The notes under the pieces are model-generated. The model was not told where the DNA came from and did not search any database. It saw only the letters and a program-made list of their open reading frames with translations. A program made the position numbers and the translations under genes. A stretch of DNA of 62,752 nt, filler included. It is 5 parts of 5 records of this genome, joined end to end, with 100 filler letters (N's around TTAATTAATTAA, not from the genome) between each part and the next. Parts side by side here need not be neighbours in the genome. Positions count along the whole stretch, not along the records: positions 54,049 to 62,752 come from SRR22947727_1663; 4 more parts are not named here. One strand, given 5' to 3'. Shown here one piece after another: positions 56,669 through 62,752 of the stretch (positions within the stretch are counted from its first letter, which is position 1; each line of letters starts with the position of its first letter).

Positions 56669-56689
56669 GTAACGCCGCGCATCGCGCTG

Positions 56690-56989
56690 TTATTGATCCG
56701 CAGGGCTTTCGTTTGTCGTGGCAGGGCCCATCCGGTTGAACACATCCAGATCACGTATGGTGATCGCACCGGATAAGATGATCGATGTAATCACGGCCCA
56801 AAGCACCGCGGCGATCGCTGTGGTAATCCAAGCCTTCTTTTTCAAATTGTGATCTTCCGGCGCTCCGGCATGCGTGCCTGGCACGACCGTGCCAACATCG
56901 CCCTGCGTTTTGAGGCGAATGGGGATCACAACCAGAAAGGTTAAAAACCACAGAACGGCAAAGAGAACCAGCGCAGAGGTTATAGACAT
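56690..56989 (-). CDS. DUF1467 family membrane protein
   Basis: MSITSALVLFAVLWF...TQGD.G.VVPGT..GAP; follows mce. Confidence 0.85.
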   Translation of the reverse strand: MSITSALVLFAVLWFLTFLVVIPIRLKTQGDVGTVVPGTHAGAPEDHNLKKKAWITTAIAAVLWAVITSIILSGAITIRDLDVFNRMGPATTNESPADQ

Positions 56990-57006
56990 GTTCGGTTTCC
57001 TATTCG

Positions 57007-57411
57007 CTACACTTGTTCAAGTTCAATCAAGGTGCCGTTGAAGTCCTTGGGATGTAAAAACAGCACAGGTTTTCCATGCGCGCCGATTTTTGGCTCGCCT
57101 TTGCCCAAAACCCGGCTGCCAGCCTCAATAAGTTGGTCGCGGGCTTTTCTAATATCGTCCACCTCATAACAGATATGGTGGATTCCGCCGCTTGGGTTTT
57201 TATCAAGAAAGCTTTGAATAGGGCTGGTTTCCCCCAAAGGATAAAGCAGCTCGATCTTGGTGTTTGGCAGCGTGATGAATACCACGGTGACGCCATGATC
57301 AGGTTCATCTTGGGCGGGGCCAACCTCAGCCCCTAGGGTGCTGCGATATTGCTCTGCAGCGCGTTCTAAGTCGGGGACGGCGATGGCCACATGATTGAGG
57401 CGTCCGATCAT
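57007..57411 (-). CDS. mce: Methylmalonyl-CoA epimerase
   Basis: LNHVAIAVPDL, HGVTVVF, GGIHHICYEV, FLHPKD.NGTLIELEQ. Confidence 0.96.
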   Translation of the reverse strand: MIGRLNHVAIAVPDLERAAEQYRSTLGAEVGPAQDEPDHGVTVVFITLPNTKIELLYPLGETSPIQSFLDKNPSGGIHHICYEVDDIRKARDQLIEAGSRVLGKGEPKIGAHGKPVLFLHPKDFNGTLIELEQV

Positions 57412-57492
57412 CTGAGCTCTCCTATCGATTGCGCAACCTTATGCGCTGAGAGTGGCGGCGGTGCAAGAGCCGCCCGCGCGTTCTGACTTGAA

Positions 57493-57509
57493 TTAACCGC
57501 TTATTAGCC
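57493..57509 (+). promoter_or_regulatory. Possible CtrA-binding site
   Basis: TTAA-ccgctta-TTAGCC, one mismatch to TTAA-N7-TTAAC, upstream of a response regulator. Confidence 0.4.
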
Positions 57510-57549
57510 ACCCTGAGGCAGGATGGTTTCAGAATCGCAGGAGGCGTGC

Positions 57550-58230
57550 ATGAATTCATTGGATCTGGTAGAACTGACGCCAATGGGGCGCAACACTCGG
57601 CCCTTAATCGGAAAAACAGTTCTGATTGTCGAAGATAGCCGTTTTATCTGTGAAGCGGCGCGTTTGATGTGTTTGCACAGCGGTGCGCGATTGCGCCGCG
57701 CGGATAGTTTGGCGGCGGCGCGCCGGCATTTGCACGTTTACTTCCCCACAATCGTCATTATCGACGTTGGTTTGCCGGATGGATCCGGCCTTCAGTTGAT
57801 ATCAGAATTGGCGGGCGCATCTCCGCGCATTGGTGTGATTTTGGGCACCAGCGGGGATGATCTGATGCATGATCAAAGCTTGCAAGCGGGCGCGGATGGA
57901 TTTCTTGCAAAACCTTTTGGAAACCTCTCTTGCTTTCAATCAACGATTTTGCAGCTTTTGCCCATCGAGCAAAAACCCAAAGGCCCGATTGTTCTGCAAG
58001 ATGCGCCGGTCACGCCTGATTTGATTACCTTTCGCGATGATTTAGTGCAGGCGCTGATCAGTTTGAAAGATTACCCCTCTACCAAGGAAGAAGGCTTTAT
58101 CCGCAGTTTTTTAGCAGGGGTGTGCGCGGCCAGCGGCGATGATTTTATGCGAGAGGCCATAAAAACCGGCGATATTGATCAGCTCTGCGCAAAAATTGAA
58201 CACCGCATTGGCCAGATCGCAATTCTATAA
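57550..58230 (+). CDS. Response regulator receiver protein with unrecognised C-terminal domain
   Basis: VLIVEDS, IIDVGLPDGSG, GTSG, GADGFLAKP; GGAGG SD before ATG 57550. Confidence 0.88.
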   Translation: MNSLDLVELTPMGRNTRPLIGKTVLIVEDSRFICEAARLMCLHSGARLRRADSLAAARRHLHVYFPTIVIIDVGLPDGSGLQLISELAGASPRIGVILGTSGDDLMHDQSLQAGADGFLAKPFGNLSCFQSTILQLLPIEQKPKGPIVLQDAPVTPDLITFRDDLVQALISLKDYPSTKEEGFIRSFLAGVCAASGDDFMREAIKTGDIDQLCAKIEHRIGQIAIL

Positions 58231-58280
58231 ACCACGATTGTTAACATCGTGCGCTGCATATTGATGGCGCTTCTGCCGCT

Positions 58281-60056
58281 TTAGTCTTGCGGGATGACTC
58301 GCAGGTTCAACTCCATCAATTGATCTGCCATCGGCTGACTTGGCGCGTCCATCATAAGGTCTTCGGCGCGTTGGTTCATGGGGAACATGATCACTTCGCG
58401 GATATTTGCCTCATCGGCCAGCAGCATCACGATACGGTCAATTCCGGCGGCGCATCCACCATGCGGCGGTGCGCCAAATTGGAACGCGTTGACCATGCCG
58501 CCAAATCTTTTGCGCACTTCGCTTTCATCATAGCCGGCAATTTCAAAGGCTTTGAACATGATTTCGGGTTTGTGGTTTCGGATCGCGCCAGAAACCAATT
58601 CATACCCGTTGCAAGACAGATCATATTGGTAGCCCAAAACCGCAAGAGGATCACCTTCAAGCGCCTCCATACCGCCTTGCGGCATCGAAAATGGATTATG
58701 TTCAAAATCGATTTTACCGGTTTCCGCATCCTGTTCGTAAATCGGAAAATCAACAATCCAAGCAAAGGCGAAGCGATTTTTGTCGGTTAGATTAAGCTCT
58801 TCGCCAATTACGTTGCGGGCGCGGCCGGCAACCGCCTCAAAGGCTTTTGGTTTTCCGCCCAAGAAAAACGCAGCATCCCCCACATCCAGGCCAAGCTGCT
58901 GCCGGATCGCTTCTGTGCGCTCTGGCCCGATATTTTTGGCCAAAGGCCCCGCCGCTTCCATGCCGTTTTCGCCGCTGCGCCAGAAAATATAGCCCATGCC
59001 AGGCAAGCCTTCTTTTTGCGCAAAGGCATTCATTCGATCACAAAACTTGCGGCTGCCGCCCCCGGGTGCGGGGATGGCGCGAATTTCAGAGCCCTCTTGT
59101 TCCAATAATTTTGCAAAAATTGCAAAGCCCGACCCGCGGAAATGATCAGAAACGCGCTGCATTTTGATCGGGTTGCGCAGATCTGGCTTATCCGAGCCAT
59201 ACCAAAGCGCTGCATCGCGATAAGAGATTTGAGGCCAATCGGCATCGACCGTGCGCCTGCCGCCAAAATCTTCAAAAACCGAACGTAAAACAGGTTGAAT
59301 CGTGTCAAACACATCCTGTTGCGTGACAAATGACATCTCAAGATCAAGTTGATAAAAATCAGTTGGAGAGCGATCCGCCCGCGGATCTTCATCGCGAAAG
59401 CAGGGGGCAATTTGAAAATATTTGTCAAAGCCCGAGACCATGATCAGTTGTTTGAACTGTTGGGGCGCCTGCGGCAATGCATAGAACTTGCCCGGGTGCA
59501 GTCGGCTTGGCACCAGAAAATCGCGCGCGCCTTCCGGGCTTGAGGCTGTGATGATCGGGGTCTGATATTCGCGGAAATTACGGTCCCACATTTTGCGTCG
59601 GATACTGGCCACCACGTCTGAGCGCAGCTTCATATTGTCTTGCAACTTTTGACGGCGCAGATCCAAATAACGGTAGCGCAGGCGCGTTTCTTCAGGATAA
59701 TCTTGCTCGCCAAAGACCATCAGCGGCAGCTCTTCAGCTTGCCCCAAAACTTCCAGATCGCGAATAAAAACCTCAACCTCACCCGTGGGAATTTTGGCGT
59801 TGATCAGACTTTCATCGCGCAGCATGACATTGCCATCAATGCGGATACACCATTCGCTGCGCAGCTTTTCAATTTCTGCAAACACGGGGCTGTCCGGGTC
59901 CGCCATCACCTGTGTGATGCCATAATGATCGCGCAGATCGATAAACAGCAACCCACCATGATCACGCACGCGGTGCACCCAGCCTGAAAGACGCACGGTC
60001 TCTCCGACATTTGATTTATTCAGGTCGGCGCATGTATGGCTGCGATAGACGTGCAT
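58281..60056 (-). CDS. aspS: Aspartate-tRNA ligase (probably non-discriminating)
   Basis: [39 protein letters not shown]. Confidence 0.98.
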   Translation of the reverse strand: MHVYRSHTCADLNKSNVGETVRLSGWVHRVRDHGGLLFIDLRDHYGITQVMADPDSPVFAEIEKLRSEWCIRIDGNVMLRDESLINAKIPTGEVEVFIRDLEVLGQAEELPLMVFGEQDYPEETRLRYRYLDLRRQKLQDNMKLRSDVVASIRRKMWDRNFREYQTPIITASSPEGARDFLVPSRLHPGKFYALPQAPQQFKQLIMVSGFDKYFQIAPCFRDEDPRADRSPTDFYQLDLEMSFVTQQDVFDTIQPVLRSVFEDFGGRRTVDADWPQISYRDAALWYGSDKPDLRNPIKMQRVSDHFRGSGFAIFAKLLEQEGSEIRAIPAPGGGSRKFCDRMNAFAQKEGLPGMGYIFWRSGENGMEAAGPLAKNIGPERTEAIRQQLGLDVGDAAFFLGGKPKAFEAVAGRARNVIGEELNLTDKNRFAFAWIVDFPIYEQDAETGKIDFEHNPFSMPQGGMEALEGDPLAVLGYQYDLSCNGYELVSGAIRNHKPEIMFKAFEIAGYDESEVRKRFGGMVNAFQFGAPPHGGCAAGIDRIVMLLADEANIREVIMFPMNQRAEDLMMDAPSQPMADQLMELNLRVIPQD

Positions 60057-60124
60057 GGCTTTGGCCTTTCCAAGCAAAGATCAATTCTTGTGCCGATACA
60101 CAGGGTTGTGGGGCTGATGTCAAG

Positions 60125-60772
60125 TCATCCCAGAAGCAGTTTGCCTTTGATTTCGCCTCTAAGCGCGCTGCCAAGCCAAAACGACTGGCAATTTTCCAAA
60201 TCTTTAGCGGTGATTATTTTTGCCCGCACTTGACGTTTTGCCAGTTTGCGGGCTCGTAACACGCCGGGCAAGCACCCGCTGCTGATTGGGGGCGTCACCC
60301 ATTCTCCGGTTTTAAGCTGCAGAAAAACATTGGTGATCGTGCCCTCACAGAGATGATTTTTTTCGTTGAAAAAGATCATCTCATCGATATGGGTTGGCAG
60401 CGCAGCGCGAGCGTCATCATAGATCTGGCGTTGGGTGGTTTTATGGCGCAGCCAGGGATCATAGGAAGTTAACCGCTGCGCGCTGATGGCAACCTGCCAT
60501 TCGGGCTGCGTGGGGGCAAGCGGCGCCTGGGTTATTTCAACGGCTCCGGCTTGGTCAATGGTAAGCCTGCATCGCAAGACTTTGGTGGTTTTGATTGTTT
60601 GAAGTTTTTCGTTGATGAAGCCGCGCTGAAAAACAAACCCCAATTTTTGCGCGCTTAGGCACATGCGGTCTAAATGCCGTTTTATATCCACCGCCCCGCG
60701 CTGCGGATCAATCCGCAGGGTTTCAATCAATCGGCAGTTTTTTGGAATGTGGTTGCGAAGCGGGCTTTCCAC
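60125..60772 (-). CDS. Class IV aminotransferase / aminodeoxychorismate lyase-like
   Basis: LIETLR, HLDR, HKTTQR, EGTITNVF, GCLPGVLR, SALRG; overlaps pabB. Confidence 0.88.
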   Translation of the reverse strand: MESPLRNHIPKNCRLIETLRIDPQRGAVDIKRHLDRMCLSAQKLGFVFQRGFINEKLQTIKTTKVLRCRLTIDQAGAVEITQAPLAPTQPEWQVAISAQRLTSYDPWLRHKTTQRQIYDDARAALPTHIDEMIFFNEKNHLCEGTITNVFLQLKTGEWVTPPISSGCLPGVLRARKLAKRQVRAKIITAKDLENCQSFWLGSALRGEIKGKLLLG

Positions 60773-61860
60773 AGAGCTTCCTCATATTCTGACGCGGCAT
60801 CGCTGTCATAGACCACGCCTCCGCCAACGTTTAATTGAACGCTTTGGTTATCGATCATCAGGCTGCGGATCGCAACGTTGAACTCAGAGCTGCCATCCGG
60901 CGCGGCCCAGCCGATCGTACCACAATAAATTTCACGCGGCTCGGGCTCCAAATCCCGCAAAATTTGCATCGCCCGCAATTTTGGCGCACCGGTGATAGAG
61001 CCACACGGAAACAACGCCTTGAAAATATCAGACAGTGTTTGGTCTTTGCGCAATTGACCCAAAACTTGCGAGGTCATCTGATGAACGGTGGCATAGGTTT
61101 CCACGCGATAAAGCGAAGGCACTTTCACCGATCCTGCCTCGCAAATGCGCGAAATATCATTGCGCAGAAGGTCTACAATCATCAGGTTTTCTGCGCGATT
61201 TTTCGGGTCAGATTGCAGATAGTTTAGCCGTTTCTGGTCTTCAGGTTTCGTGATGCCGCGCGGCTGTGTGCCTTTCATCGGGCGGGTTTCGATCTGCCCT
61301 GACGCGTCTGTGCGAAAAAATAATTCTGGAGACCGCGATATGATCGCCCGGCCATCCTCTTGTTCGACCAAGGCGCCGTGTTTTACCGCTTGGTAAGCGC
61401 TGAGATCGTCAAACAAACGCGCAACCGATCCTTGGAATTCCGCTGTTAGCCCGAAGGTAAGATTGGCCTGATAAATATCCCCCGCAGCGATATAATATTG
61501 GATGGTGGAAAAGGCCTTTTCATACTCGTCAAACTGCCATTGCGGGGTAAAGGCGCCAAGCTGCGCGGCCCGGTGGGCTGTGGTTGAGACGGGTCGCCGC
61601 GCTGTTGGGCCTTTGTAAACGCCAAAACACAGCAAAGGCCATTGCCGCTTTTCCGGCATTGCCGCGTTGAGGCGCGGCTCGAGCGCATAGCCCATTTCAT
61701 AGCTGGCGTAGCCCGCGATCCAGTGCCCTTGAGAAAGCGCTGCATCCAAAGCTGCCAGCGCGTTTGGCAGCGCTGAGGGTGAGGCAGCGCAAATCACCCT
61801 GATCGGGTGGTCAAAACTGCGCGGTTGTTGCGCATCGCCTGTGTCAAACCGAATCTTCAT
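60727..61860 (-). CDS. pabB: Aminodeoxychorismate synthase component I
   Basis: GDIYQANL, SPELFF, PMKGT, KNRAENLMIVDLLRND, FPCGSITGAPK. Confidence 0.93.
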   Translation of the reverse strand: MKIRFDTGDAQQPRSFDHPIRVICAASPSALPNALAALDAALSQGHWIAGYASYEMGYALEPRLNAAMPEKRQWPLLCFGVYKGPTARRPVSTTAHRAAQLGAFTPQWQFDEYEKAFSTIQYYIAAGDIYQANLTFGLTAEFQGSVARLFDDLSAYQAVKHGALVEQEDGRAIISRSPELFFRTDASGQIETRPMKGTQPRGITKPEDQKRLNYLQSDPKNRAENLMIVDLLRNDISRICEAGSVKVPSLYRVETYATVHQMTSQVLGQLRKDQTLSDIFKALFPCGSITGAPKLRAMQILRDLEPEPREIYCGTIGWAAPDGSSEFNVAIRSLMIDNQSVQLNVGGGVVYDSDAASEYEEALWKARFATTFQKTAD

Positions 61861-61956
61861 GTCACGTCCGCTGCTATTCTTACGTTCCTCATAGGACCAG
61901 TTTACCGAAGAAGACAGACACTTTTACTGCAAATAATGGTATTTTTGCCTAGGCAC

Positions 61957-61984
61957 TTGCACCTTGCAGCGTGATCTCTATAAC
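61957..61984 (+). promoter_or_regulatory. Possible sigma70 promoter of carB
   Basis: TTGCAC, 16-bp spacer, TATAAC about 70 bp upstream of the carB ATG. Confidence 0.4.
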
Positions 61985-62052
61985 CCACAACAATTTGCCG
62001 CGTCTTGCTTGGCAGCGCTCGGCTGTTTCGCCGCTTTATCAAAGGTTTTATA

Positions 62053-62752
62053 ATGCCCAAAAGAACCGATATTTCATCGATCATGATCATCGGAGCCGGT
62101 CCTATTGTTATCGGACAAGCTTGTGAATTTGACTATTCAGGGGCGCAGGCCTGTAAAGCGTTGAGAGAAGAAGGGTATCGGGTGATTTTGGTCAATTCCA
62201 ATCCGGCCACGATTATGACGGATCCGGGCTTGGCGGATGCCACATATATCGAACCGATCACCCCAGATGTGGTTGCTAAGATAATCGAAAAAGAACGCCC
62301 CGACGCGTTATTGCCCACGATGGGTGGGCAAACTGCGTTGAACACATCTTTGGCGCTAGAGGAAATGGGCGTTTTAGACAAATTCAACGTTGAAATGATC
62401 GGCGCGAAGCGTGATGCGATTGAAATGGCTGAAGATCGTAAATTATTTCGCGAAGCGATGGATCGGTTGGGGATCGAAAACCCCAAAGCCACGATTATTA
62501 CCGCGCCGAAAGATGCCGAAGGTAAAACCGATTTGAACGCCGGCGTTCGCATGGCCAATGAGGCCTTGGATGAAATTGGATTGCCCGCGATTATTCGCCC
62601 AGCCTTTACGTTGGGCGGAACAGGCGGCGGCGTGGCCTATAACCGCGATGATTTTGAATATTATTGCCGCACGGGCATGGATGCTTCGCCGGTGAATCAG
62701 ATTTTGGTGGATGAATCGCTTCTGGGTTGGAAAGAATATGAAATGGAAGTGG
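62053..62752 (+). CDS. carB: Carbamoyl-phosphate synthase large subunit, N-terminal part (runs off the window; absent from ORF track)
   Basis: Manual translation [37 protein letters not shown]...[10 protein letters not shown]...[12 protein letters not shown]. Confidence 0.98.
   Translation, partial: MPKRTDISSIMIIGAGPIVIGQACEFDYSGAQACKALREEGYRVILVNSNPATIMTDPGLADATYIEPITPDVVAKIIEKERPDALLPTMGGQTALNTSLALEEMGVLDKFNVEMIGAKRDAIEMAEDRKLFREAMDRLGIENPKATIITAPKDAEGKTDLNAGVRMANEALDEIGLPAIIRPAFTLGGTGGGVAYNRDDFEYYCRTGMDASPVNQILVDESLLGWKEYEMEV

Noticed and set aside
54836..62558. Overlapping ORFs across znu, aspS, pabB and the minus-strand ORF 62133-62558
   Set aside because: They overlap well-supported genes; 62133-62558 is the antisense shadow of carB

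Overview
This window is not one locus. It is five contigs joined by 100-bp artificial linkers (N-run, TTAATTAATTAA, N-run) at 9864-9963, 22608-22707, 43671-43770 and 53949-54048, and the pieces appear to come from several marine bacteria. Contigs 1 and 3 are very AT-rich and alphaproteobacterial: his operon, dapB, dnaKJ; sucA-sucCD-mdh, sdhCDAB, leu/asd, rimM-trmD-rplS. Contig 2 begins with tRNA-Leu and alpha-like proBA, then carries an AT-rich block with gammaproteobacterial gene order (degP-lepA-lepB-rnc-era-recO-acpS-adk; SAR86-like by inference). Contig 4 is a mid-GC alphaproteobacterial rplL-rpoBC-rpsL-rpsG-fusA region. Contig 5 is a mid-GC Rhodobacteraceae-like region (znuA/zur/znuCB, mce, aspS, pabBC, carB). 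Almost all of it is housekeeping, with no CRISPR array, integrase or transposase. The best candidate for something undescribed is an insert in the TCA gene cluster (27.2-32.2 kb). It holds an oversized DUF1302-type outer-membrane barrel with eight cysteines, facing an unannotated unit made of an anti-SD-loop hairpin that could pair with that gene's ribosome-binding site, a 25-aa hydrophobic ORF and a terminator able to fold back on the leader. A second promoter-driven structured RNA candidate with a similar C-rich loop lies after proA (12.3 kb). Taxonomic and family calls come from motif and synteny recognition by eye, not from database searches.
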